A stretch of 62,068 bases of DNA, filler included, from Sphacelaria rigidula (taxonomy: Eukaryota), in the NCBI GenBank assembly GCA_964200075.2. It is 6 parts of 6 records of this genome, joined end to end, with 100 filler letters (N's around TTAATTAATTAA, not from the genome) between each part and the next. Parts side by side here need not be neighbours in the genome. Positions count along the whole stretch, not along the records: positions 41,448 to 51,708 come from CAXNAA020006843.1; positions 51,809 to 62,068 come from CAXNAA020006844.1; 4 more parts are not named here. The stretch is one strand, 5' to 3'. Position numbers and translations under genes: made by a program. A model generated the notes under the pieces. It was given only the letters and a program-made list of their open reading frames with translations. It made no database searches and was not told the origin of the DNA. The first letter of the stretch is position 1. The number at the start of each line of letters is the position of its first letter. Below, one piece after another: positions 47,417 through 59,500 of the stretch.

Positions 47417-50400
47417 CTACTGGTATCGCCGGAAGTCTTCGTGCCCCTTTTTCTTGGCTTGCTCCCTCATCGCTTCCACGTCATCCGACTTCGGGTTCTT
47501 ATTCAAGTACCGTAGGTAGTCATTGGACACAATGTTCCTGATCGTGCAAACAACACAAGGGCATGAAAGCAAAGCGCAGTGTTCAATCGCATGAAGTGAA
47601 AACAGATCAGGTTCTTGCGCCCGAGCACAAAACTCAAGGGCATGACAGCTGCATTGCATGAAGAGAAATATTGATGTGGTATAGTTTGTGCGGGGTCGAG
47701 CGCAATACTGACGTAGCACTACTGTGCTGCAGCAAACATCAAAGAACGCGTAGTGACGATAGTCAAAACATACCGGTGATCAAACATTGTTGACAAAATG
47801 TAGGAATCTGAGACTGGTAAGGCACTCATGGTTGATCGTTTCAGCGTTTATTCTACATCTTGAAAGTACAGCCACCACATGGCAGAAAGTTTCCTCCACG
47901 TGCGACATCCACATCGTAGAGTGGCTGTAAAGACAACCTGCACGTGGTGCTGTAATGTAGATGTGGAGCTCGGTGCCTCGTGACACTCACGTTGCCATAG
48001 CAGTGCAGCTTTACAAGGGTGTATTGGGTAGAGTACATACTCGGGTATTGACTCTCAAATATTGGGTGAAGTTACGTACGATCGCGTTACTCTGCCCAAT
48101 ATCTGGGGTATGGTCGAGTACGATATTAATACTCTACCCGGGTGCTTAAAGCACGATTTTCCAGAAACCCAAATGTAGGAAACACCCTACCCAACACACC
48201 CTCGCAGCTTCACAGTGTGCCTCCCACCCCAAAATACCCACACAAACACGACAATTCCTTCACGATTTGCTTCGAGCATGCCAACGCTCTTGCTTCTTGT
48301 ACCATGCCGTCGATGACACTTCATTCGCATGCACGATGCACTAGAACACACGGCCGCAACATGGCGTGCACTCTGGGATGCCCATGGTCTACTACTCGCC
48401 ATCAAAACACAACATTACCTACAACAAGCGTGGGCTGACGTGAAATCAAACCCATGCCTCACGGCATGAGCATACTGTGAACGAACCCCCCAATCCACTT
48501 GCCTCTTACATTCGTGTTGATGACAGGGCGTATGGAGGGAGCACGAGAGACCCTTCGGGGGACAGTTCACACATGACCGCTGAAAGCATAGCCAAGCACG
48601 ATTTTCACGCGTTCCACGTTCGGAGAGAAGTAGGGTGGTTGCAGAGTCACTACTCCCAGGCATCTCTGGTGGCCGGCTTCCATGTGCTTAAATACCCCAC
48701 GAATAATGTCATCCTTCCTTTCTTCATAATCCTTGAACGAATGTTTTCGTCCATTCACGCTCGATGCTCTTTATCTCATATGGCTACAGCTAGATTTCTA
48801 GCACACCTGTTCATGTGCCACAATCGATGAGCAATCAATCACCGTGCGAGAATCATACAGCAGCGTGACACGTTGCACGAGGAAACCGGAGTCTTCCCGA
48901 GTGGCGATTCTTGCATTCGGGGAGTTCGAGACTGAAAACTGACGTTTACAGGACAAAGTGCAATTATTGGATGATCGATTCAACTTATGGCGACCGTTCA
49001 GTGTATGTACACATATATTTTTTGGTGAAAGCATTGCTTGCGCTCGGACTTTCCCCCCCCCACATTTTCCTACACCAGTACACCACGAGACCTTTTACGT
49101 CGCCACAAACGGGGACAGGTCCGGGAAGGTTAACGTTGGCAAAAAAATGAAAAATATGGGGATGTCATTTCGCTGACATGCACGGTTCGGGATAGAGCAC
49201 GAGCCACGTCATGCGTTAAACCCGTCGGGGTTTTGCCTCATGCAGCAAGGTCATGGGTAGTGCGAGTACTCAACCGGGTCCAGACTATAACTACAATCGA
49301 TCGAGAGGAGGTAAACTGCCTGATTCAACTTATTTTCGATCCACGTTGTTTGCCCGTGGCCAAAAAATAACAAAACAACCAAAAACCTATCGCAACCCAT
49401 CCACCCAACCAATAACACAAATTCTGTTGAACTCGCTGTCTCACGGTCATGGTTGACATCAGTTTTGTGCATCCAAATTACCCATTATTTACGATGCTGG
49501 AAAGCGATGAACTGCCACCGCCAACTATTACTTTTTGGTGCGTGCAAGTCCAGCATTACATCGCCGAAAAATCACCAATGTTGTTAACGGGGTGTCAGAA
49601 CTAGTGCAGCTATTCGCCGCTTCAATTGTTCAATTGTTTGCTGTGTACGCTGCATTTACATTTCCAACTTGACATGGTGTCTTTGGCACCTTCATGTTGT
49701 CCACAACATTCGGGCATCATGCATCCATCGTAGACGATGTCGATGAGATGAGTCCGTTACTCTTCAACGTGAGCTCTCCGCGGTCGTTGACGCCATGTCA
49801 AAACAGCGCCAGTTGCATCATAAGAGCATATTCCCGGTTAGGGATTCCTCGCCAAATTTTCTTCTCCAGCCCGATACTCAACCTATTCGTACTACATACA
49901 TCACCAGCCGTCCTTGCCTACCTCAACTCACCCGTAAGATTTGGTGTCTCTCACTGCCCTGGCCCTCGCGCTAACCCTTTTCCTCAGGGCCTCCTGGTAC
50001 TCCGCTGGGGTCATCGCCTCCATCCCTTCCAACGCGTAAGTATTTTGAGTGCCTGTGGGTAACCCGTAACTCTTTTGTGACGGGTCCCACGCTGGTCCCT
50101 CATTTACAATATCGTCCGCTGTTCGTCGTAGAACGGGGGAGCTTACCACGTTACTCTCAGGCGGTGCGGTGTACGCGGCGGCGGCCGGTGGTACGGGCGC
50201 AGCGGGCGTGGCAGGCAATTCCTGCCCAGACAATGCGTCTTCGACTATGGTGGCCACAGCTGCTTCGAAACGCTCGAACTCGTCTCGGGACAGCGGCTTC
50301 TCTCGCTGCAGCCTCGCCGTAATAATCTTTATAGCCATCCTTATCTCCTCGTACACATCGGGGGAGAAGGGGATTTCCGGCTCCGCCATAGCAGGCTCTT

Positions 50401-51046
50401 CACCATGCCGCATCCTGCCAGGGGATTGTGTGGGGGGCGCAGGGCGGCTGGGGCTAGCCGGGGGCTGACCTCCTCCTCCTCCTCCTCCTCCTGCGCCTGC
50501 GGCCGCCCTTGCAGCTTGCGCTGCCCTTAACCTTTCGGCGTAAGTCATGGGCTGATCTCCTGCCCCCGGGCCAGCTTGCATCTTGGTTGATGTCCTGCTT
50601 GCGTGACGAATCGGGCGGCTTGGTCGCGCTAGCGGCTGTCCTGCAGGAAACATGAACCCATGGGTGACAACGGGCAGCAGTGCTGCTGGACACAACAATG
50701 GGAACGATGGAGGGAAGGAAGCCCAACTGCTGGTAACATTTGATGAGGTGGAATAGAGTTCATGTGCAGCAATTCTTCGTAAGTCCGGTCTTCCAACGCA
50801 ACCCTCATGGAGTCGCAGCTCCATTATGTGAGTGTTTTCCACAACAGCCGACTGTATGTTGTTGTACGCAATTGCTTGATTGCCCTGGTGTATCTGTATG
50901 GACTGAGCAAGGGTTGCTGTTGAAGTAAGGAAAGGAGGTGTGTGCAAACGAGCACTGATCAAGCGAAGTACAGCAGAGCAAGCACAGAAACGGCCATCAT
51001 CACTTAAATCACCTGCAGTTGAAGCAATCAGGCCAAACGTCTTCAT
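47417..51046 (-). CDS. Predicted plastid-targeted protein of unknown function, 302 aa, 3 exons
   Basis: Exons 51046-51013, 50685-49932 and 47537-47417 (phases 1 and 2; 909 nt). The spliced N-terminus MKTFGLIASTAAALLPVVTHG/FMFP.. is a signal peptide with Phe at +1 followed by an R/S-rich transit peptide. C-terminus YGLPTGTQNTYALEGMEAMTPAEYQEALRKR...GNIVSNDYLRYL. Confidence 0.82.
48014..48204. mobile_element. hAT-like MITE with 8-bp TSD, in intron 2 of the plastid-protein gene
   Basis: TIRs caagggtgtattgggtag / ctacccaacacaccctcg; flanks cagcttta and cagcttca. Related tacccg/gggta-rich sequence at ~10945-11284. Confidence 0.7.
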
Positions 51047-51989
51047 CGTGAGAGCAAGTTCACCTCCCTAGGATCGTCTGCGACGAACTACGCGTGCGAG
51101 CTTTGCTGCGAGAGGACTTGGGGAATCACAGATAAGCGTCATTATCCGAAGTGAGGTTCAGACCCGTAGTCTTGAAGCGATTGATTACCCCGCATGGTCA
51201 TACTTCAACGCTACTGCCGACAGTTGGCCCGCTCATGAGCACGGCAGCAGGCAGGCAGCACACAAACACCACCAGCCGGTTTGATAATCGAAATAGTAAA
51301 CAGAGGGGGGAAAAAAGAACTGATACCCATCCACACAGAGATCCTGATGTATACTCATTCCGTCTTGCGCACCACCGCTGCTCCGTTATGATTAGTATTC
51401 GCGATAGAGATCAGGAGGCGACGGAGCGAGTGGAGAATGCCGCGCATGCACTCTTGCCGTTGTCTGGCCATGGGTCGGCGCTGCCGACGGACCCCAAACA
51501 CCTGGAGACTATGTTCACATTTTGTACCACCAACTGGAGAACATTCCTCGGCGAGAAGCCCAGTGGGGATAAGCTTGTGAGAGGGGTGGGCGCAAGAGCG
51601 GCTGCAGAGATTCTGAAGATGTTTCTTTGAAAGTTTTACCCTATACAGTACCGGCCCGCTAGTAAGAAACTGAAAAATCGGCCTGAGGCTGGGTTTCTTA
51701 TTTTCCTGNNNNNNNNNNNNNNNNNNNNNNNNNNNNNNNNNNNNNNNNNNNNTTAATTAATTAANNNNNNNNNNNNNNNNNNNNNNNNNNNNNNNNNNNN
51801 NNNNNNNNAAAAAAAAAAAACCGGCACCGGGGCCCCCAGAAGCAAAAATTCGAGTTTTTTGAGGGGGGGGGGGGGGGTAGGGGGGGGGGGGGACACCCAG
51901 CCGTGCCCCCCCTGTTTTTTTGCCGAGGCGTTGGCGGATGCGGTTAGCTGCCGTAGACAGTAAAGATCCTTGTTTATTTTATTTCATAC

Positions 51990-52335
51990 TTTATATTTCA
52001 TAGATTATACCTCACATATTATATATCATATATTATATATCATATGTTATATCTCATATGTTATATCTCACATATTATATCTCACATATTATACCTCATA
52101 CGTTATATTCCATATATAATATGGAATATATTATGATTCATATATTATATTTCATATAATATGGTTTCATATAATACGGGTCTATATAATAGGTCTATAT
52201 CATACGTATGCTTATTCTCCTTAATATATACTATGCTGTATGTTATACAATATATTGTATAACTATATATATATATGAATATTCATCAAGGGGCAGTATA
52301 TACTGTATTATTTAATTGGATATTAATACATATGC
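51990..52335. repeat. AT-rich minisatellite (~14-bp unit tatatctcayatrt)
   Basis: About eight recognisable units at 52006-52115, degenerating into AT-rich sequence. Confidence 0.85.
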
Positions 52336-52629
52336 TATACTGACCGATGAAATGTCCACAAAACCGTCGGAAAAAAACAAACTACTGTAACAGAAGAAGA
52401 AGAAACAAAGAGAACAGAAGGAAGATTGTGAAAGCAACTAAAGGCAAGAAAAAAGAAAACTATCGCGATGAAAATAGAAATGGTAACAGGGAAAATCGCC
52501 ATGTAATGCGTGAGAGGACCGCGTGCTTGGAAGACCGCGCCGTAGTTCAAAACACCTCAGGATCGACGTTTTTCAAAACCAATCGGGTCAGTCCCTGGAG
52601 GTACCACGCCCCTGACCAAGACCGACTGC

Positions 52630-52873
52630 TGCCGAGATAGCCCCCTCGAACCGGCCAAAATCGTGCACGGCGGCGATCATGATAAATGCCTTTAGAGCTG
52701 GTTTAGTGCTGCACGACACGAATAATTCAGGCGATATAGCTGATTCCGGACTGCTACTACACGCCTCTCATGTGGGCAAAATTACTGCAAACGAGTCCAA
52801 TATTATTAGTGGGATCGCAGCTGGTTTGTCGGACGGTCTCCGGTGCACTTTTTGTGGGGGGGCTATCTCGGCA
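52630..52873. repeat. Segment bounded by a perfect 16-bp inverted repeat, followed by aaccctaa-like motifs
   Basis: tgccgagatagccccc (52630-52645) / gggggctatctcggca (52858-52873). Confidence 0.6.
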
Positions 52874-53052
52874 TTATTCAACCCTAACACTAACCCTACT
52901 GTATATGACAAGTCGCAGGAATGACCGAGAAATAACGATAGCCCATTTAATGAAAAAAGTTCCTCGGATTGATCGGCCTCCATTTCGTTAGATATACTCG
53001 TGGAAGACCTATACCCGGATGACCTACCCTCGCTGCCAAACGGTCAAGGTTC

Positions 53053-53330
53053 CATATACGTCGAACAGCTCACACGACCTATCTGAAATAACTAATCAAA
53101 CAGAACTCCTCAGATCCATTGTACAAGAACACAAAACACGTGACAGCTGTGTCCGAGAAGCCAGAGCGTTACCTCCTCGTTTCACCGCGTGCTCAGGGTC
53201 CATCGTCGTCGGGAGCTAATAATACGGAAATGATAGTAATCGCCAAATGAGCTAGCTCATGACCCGGATCAGCATTCTTCTTAGAACAAGTAAATATCCA
53301 GGTAGCTCATGAGCTGTCCGACGTGTGCAA
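53053..53330. mobile_element. MITE, same family as 45432-45693
   Basis: Aligns along its whole length; right TIR ccaggtagctcatgagctgtccgacgtgtgcaa. Confidence 0.85.
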
Positions 53331-55964
53331 GGTGGGCTTTGATATTGGAAACTTCCAGTGAGCCTTCCCATGTTCTGCGCAGGAAGATGAACATGCGACG
53401 ATTGCCTCATCGTGGTTTTGGTTATATATCTGTTGTTGGTCACTTGCAAGCGAACTGATATATAATAGGTCGGTTTTGTAGCACTTTGCGCTGCAGTAAA
53501 TCATGGATCCACGTCCCCTCCGGATCCCCGCAAGTCACTGTTGTCTGTCAAAGTTGTCAAACTTCATGACATATTGAAGGGCCGGTGTGGCAGTCGCTTT
53601 GATATTCGAAGCTGTGAAGAAAGCATAAAGAGGCTTGCGGTCGGTACGACAGCTCATCGCAGCCGAGGCAGATCCAGCTGCATCCTGCACTGGTCGATCG
53701 AAAGGCCCCAGGTGTACTGTATCGCGCGAATACTATACGGTACTGCTTATGATGTATGCGGGAGATAAGACACCCATGGCACCTTACAATCCGCGGCAAC
53801 ACAGCAGCAATTACTGCGCTTCATCTGACTAAGAAGACTAGCCACGGTCCCGCATTCTATCTCTCCATACTGACCAGCACGGTGAAGTATAACGCACTTC
53901 GACGAAGAGCAGGTGAGCCAAGGTTGAAACTTGCGCAAAACGCATACAACAATACTCGTGCTACTGTATTGTCTGTCTGGATTAAGTACTGTACCGTACT
54001 GGCGCCGACTGTGGCTCTTGACTACTCGTAGCGTAGGACGTTCATCTGACACCTGTTCAACCATTATATCCCCATGTGCAAATGCCTCTCGCGTCGTGGA
54101 GGAAGATCGCGGAAAGATGAAAGATGCTGCAGTACTGTACCGTCTGCTGTGCAGTGCAGTGTACTTTGCAACAAACAGTGCAGTACGAGAGTACCGCACA
54201 AAAAAGCTACCGCATAAAAGGAGAGAGTTTCAGACGGCCATATAGTCTTGCATACTTGTAGTAGTCAGCAGGTCAGTAGTCGTGCAACAGTGTTGCTACA
54301 GTAGTACAGTACAGTAGTAGCACTGTCTAGACAGCATATATTGCAGCTCAGTACCACCACGAGGGTCGTTGGGGTTGTGGCGGAATAAATAAGTGCCAAA
54401 ATTCAAAGATACAACCTGTACGTTTCAACCCAGGTTTTCAGTGATGAGCTCATCTGAAGTCTTATACCTGCGCTGTACTGTACTCGCTACACTCGTGTGC
54501 CGTATTTGTTCCGTGTATGAAACTGTATTGAATTATCACACGTTACCTTAGGTTGTTGTGTAACGGTTTCGCCATTGAACATCCCCCATCCTTTATCCAC
54601 TGCGGCCGTGTCATATCAAATTGTTTTCGTGTCGAAAACGTGCNNNNNNNNNNGAATCGAATTCGCTCGTTTCTGATTCGTCCACGCTACTAATTTTCTG
54701 AGATGGTTGAGAACATGAATGCCGTGGACGTATCAGGTACGAGCAAATTTGATTCCACCGTACGCTTTCGAGTCAACAAACAATTTGATAAGACATGGCC
54801 TGAGGTTCAGTTGATGTGACCTCCGACACATTTGACCGTCACATTTGACCCACCTTCGTCGTACCCATCAACTCCCTTCTATTCGATTGAATTATTTGAT
54901 TGATCGTCACACTTAAACTGACCCCACAGAGATCCAGCAGTGGCTACATGATAGTCACATGATAGACCTACCCAAGATGATAACAAAATGGGAACATTCG
55001 CTGAAGAAAGGTGATAAAAAAACCCTAGAAAGGTGGGACATACACAGCAGACCAAGAAAAGCAAGTAAGAAAAAATAAAAGTGTATCATAAGAAAAGAAG
55101 AGAAGCTGGAAAAGGCCACCCTCTGCCACATCATGGCTTCGGTGCAAAAGCTCTTGCCCTAAAACTACACACGTATACCCAGTCTGTCACTGCACAACAT
55201 CAGATGCATCGCGTTGCCCTGACGCGAATACGTGAACCCAACCATGGATTTCTGTTGAAGAACTCAGAAAGCTTGCCTATCTTGCACGTAGGGGTACAGA
55301 GTAGTACACAGGGCAGCAGTTTGCACGAGCACGTTCGTCGGCGTGATCTAAAAGCTCATCTCACATGGGCATTATCATGGCCAGCACCGCGAAGATACCC
55401 TTTTAATATAGTTGCCAAGAAACATAATCAGGCGGGTCCAACTACAAATGAATAATATTATTATCGCGATCGATGCAGATCGATGATTGAATTTCAGCTA
55501 GCCCTTACACACATACAGTGCAGTACAAAATAGTACACGGAGTATATATTGCAGTGCACCTTGCCCTCCCCAGCAGGCGTTAGACATGATCGTTTCGACA
55601 GACAAGCATCGCGGGAATCTTGAGCGTATAGTGCAGTAATACAAGCCATGATACCACGAAAACGAGCGTCTACGTACGAGGTCACTGGCTAAAGGCCCCA
55701 ATCAAAGACGTTGTGTTCTCTCCTCTCGGAGCGATATCCCGCGTTTCAGCTCGTTGCGTGGACCACCTCTTGTTGAGGTGACCACCAGCCATGTTTTGAG
55801 CTACTTTTGTACCCAATTTTTTCGCACATCCATGTTTATTGTTACTTGTATCCTGCATTGTCCACTACTTTCACAACGAATACCCGCAAAATAAGGCATG
55901 TATGTATGTATGCTGGATGTTCGGCACTCGGCAACGCACAGCACGATACATAGCCCCGTTCTAG

Positions 55965-56561
55965 GTGACGGTAGTCTATCCCAAGCGAATGGTTTGCTGG
56001 CGCGAGGTTTATAGGTTGAACGAGCACGAAGACCGCGAGAAAGAGCTGATACATGAGTGCCCGTCCACTGAAATGAGAGCAACGGGTGGCGTTGTTCGAG
56101 GCGAATTCATTCAGGACGTACGAGTAGTGTGTAAGAAGACAAGGCGAGCCCTTGCACAAAAATAGTGCTTGGTGTTCCTGCGCCGCCTGACTTCATGTAC
56201 CATAGTCGTGCTTGCACCTTCAATCGGTGTGTCTCAAATCGCACCGGCCTTGTCTAACTTGTCCAAGTCTCTGTGCGCCCTGTCGCGTGGATAGTCCGCT
56301 ACCGCCCCCCATGCAAAATCTCTCTCTCTCTCGTGCCCGCTCGTGTGTTTCCTGCATGTGTTAGATCAACGTGCACCATTCACCACCACTACTGCCCGTA
56401 TACAACCCACTGAACAGCGTCCATGGTGCCGCCTGGTTGGAGCATTGTAACGCAGTTAGTTCGCACGCGGTACACCGCACAGCTCTCCATCGTGACCATG
56501 CACCCATGCTCCCCTTTACCGCCGCATACTTGAACAATGTCATGCGCACTTTCAACGCGGA
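55965..56561 (+). pseudogene. Possible degenerate Tc1/IS630-like transposase remnant
   Basis: VYP...CWREVYRL and LIHECP...VCKKTRRAL loosely resemble HTH segments. An exon-like piece at 56365-56561 reads SPP..P.YNP...VHGAAWL, similar to PPYSPxxNPIE. Weak. Confidence 0.25.
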
Positions 56562-59500
56562 GGTAGGGCGCGAAAGTCCGCTATCGCTGCGGCGCGCTTC
56601 ATGAACTAAATATCAACGGCTGAAAAGTATGTCATGGAGCGCATATCTGGCGGGAACAACAGCAGATTACATACACATACAAGGTCCTGCCTTACTGGTC
56701 TGTCGTGCACGACACACGCGCGTCGGGCGGGCTCACCTATATGCTTGAGGGGTTCCTCTTAATTTTATGTCGGTTGATCGTACGCGGATCGAGTTTCATG
56801 CGAGCATGCATGTATGCCGTTCGTTTCCAGAACGGGGACACCCATAACCCCAAAAAATCTTGCCGCACATCCCAGTCCAAACGAATATTTCGCATCAATG
56901 TCTTTCCATACTACAAGTAAAGCAGCACCTCGCGCATGGTCGGGGAATATAGCTACCGGCAATAAATAACGTGTTTCGACTGGCATATCTTCGTACATCA
57001 ATGCTCCTACTGTATCCCCCCGGTACGGGTGGTACAGACCCTGTAGCCGTACCGACAGCATGTGCTCAGATTGCCAAGGGAAGGCGAACTAGACAGCGTT
57101 GGGGCGTGCAGATGATGGTGCTTGTCTGCGCGCCTGAACCTCTCGGGATCGAAAGGCCCGTTGATGGTGAACTGTACTTACTGAACTGTACTAATAGCTG
57201 TGCTGCGCGATACAATTGCATTATCAACCAGCGTTCAATATGCTGCGCCATATCTTCTTTGCCTTCCCCCCCGCCCCCCCCCTGCGCCCCCGCGGGGCAC
57301 ATACGAACGGGCATGCAGCACGCAAGCAGAGTAGAGCCACAGGCAGCAGCATTGTCTCTCAAATAGCGATCCGCAGCTCATTATGTTGGATGTATGATCT
57401 GTGTGAAAGCATGAGAGGCAAAAAAGAAATCTGCCAGAAGAAAGCAAATGGTAACTCACGTTGAGCAGAGAGTCGTTCAAGATGAGCATAACGTCCGGCT
57501 GCAACATGGGTGCTGGTTCTTCTTCAGCTGCAGTCTCAGTCTGTCCTCGTGTCTGTGCCATTATTTTCTTGTTTCTTCTTGATGATGCTGTTGGGGGTGT
57601 TTGATGGTCGTGGTTGTCCTGGCAATGATGTTGGTGGCCTGGCTTTCGCTGGTGTTGCTTCGTTGTTTTTGGTTGTTATTCGCTGTTCCTTGGAAATGGT
57701 TCCTCCTTCGACGTGATGGAACAAAATAATCACGTGTGTCACAAAGTCCCGCAAAATGCCACTGTTGTATCACTCTACCTTCCTTCCCTATTTTCCTTGT
57801 TGTCGGTACTGTAATGCTAAAGTGTCACACTGCTGTGTGTCACCGAGAGGGGTGGAGAGGTCGTTCAAAGCGAAGTGAGGAGGGGGTACCGTCGACACTC
57901 TCAGAGGAAGGCGGTTTTTTTCTTTTTTCTTTTTCTGCCCTGCTCATACTAAAACGAACGGTCTCTTTTTGGCTCTTCAATTCTCGGGTACCCGGGTTTG
58001 AACCTATGGGGGGGGGGAGGGTTGCCCGTGAGAATCGAAGCATACCAGACTCAGCTCTGCATGTATATACTGCTTGTCTACCACCTCAAGTGAGTTCGCA
58101 CCTGGAATGAAGTCGGGCGGTGGTTGATGAAACCCGTCGAAGTGTGCGACTGCTGTTGAGAGCAGCTATTTATACACGCGACTTTGCGGTGTAATCGTGG
58201 GTGCCTGTGCCTGTACCCGGTGTTGGAAACGCCGTAAGAAAAACACGCGGCATTTCGCCCGCTGCGTCATATAGCTAGGACTAAAGATAGAGCCTCCCTC
58301 TCTCGCTCCTAGAGAGAAGCAAATCTCATCAGTCGGCAGCAAAACGTTGACCTTGACTTTGAAAGTCAAACTGTACGTATTAGTATTGTTGTGTCAGGTA
58401 AAGTAGAGGGACCGGTAGAGATGCGTGTTGGTCGGTGTAAGTCTCAAGTGCACTCACTGACTTCATCGGAAATGCGATCGTGTGAGGATGGATCGAAATG
58501 CTGGTATTATCATGCCATGCACCTGGCGTGCACCTGCGAAAAGTCATGTTGGAAAATATACTGAAAAGTTCGCTGCAACCCACAGTGCAGCATCAAAAGA
58601 AGCATCGTCTACGTGAATGCCATACCGAACATGGCAACAACAGACAACAGCCAGTGTGCGCGGCGCGACTATCAAGTGGTCAATTATTCTAGGTTCACAA
58701 TGCCACAATACAGCACGCACCCATGTCCTGTATCCGTTACTGTTGTACACTCCAGCCCTACTCTATACTCCGGGTAGTACGATTAAGAGTCTCCTCAAAT
58801 CCAACACCCCCCTTGGTCACGACTTGTTTGGTGGCGTTTTCGACTTTGACCATCATTTTCACTACAGTACCGTACCGTACGTGATTCATCCACGCCAACA
58901 AAATTACTCTACGCCAAGAGCGCGACGACTGACCGATTGCTTCCGCAAGCTACCGCTGTACTAGGTCAAGCGCTGGTGCACAACACAACATTGAGGGCAT
59001 TTTGTACGGTACCGATGGTGTTTGTTCATATGATGGTTGCCCTATCTCCATCCACATAATCATGGATGAGCAACAACAGTAGTGTGCCTTACAGCTTCAG
59101 CAACAACATCACCAGCCATTGTACGACGGGCAGAACGCGCTTCGCAGCGCGCTCGTATGTCTAAAACTACGCGCGACCGGGTATAACTCACTGATGTCGT
59201 GTGCACAATTCGAGTCGCTCTGATCGACTCGTTGGGCACGACGCCTACTCTCCGAACAGTACAGTGTCACCGGCTGGCAGTCTCGCGGAGGAACTTTTTG
59301 GGGCGGAGAGGGGTGTTATTGGGGGTGTTCGGGAGATATGGAAGCTATACTGAGTTCAAAATAATCACAGTGCGGACGTTTCACTCACGAAACTGGGTAC
59401 ACATGGAGTCATCGCGCCATACGCGAAATCGGCAGAGGTATTTCACTCAAGTTCACGATCCATTTGCCCCCCAGTCAGTCTCTTGGTGCAGCCGCGGACT

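Noticed and set aside
12769..51046. ING, phosphatase, exportin-T and plastid protein as a functional gene cluster
   Set aside because: They lie mostly on different concatenated contigs; only XPOT and the plastid protein share one, with no functional link visible.
10308..51764. Exact ~10.36-kb periodicity of TTAATTAATTAA as a biological repeat
   Set aside because: It is embedded in fixed N44 flanks and is an assembly linker.
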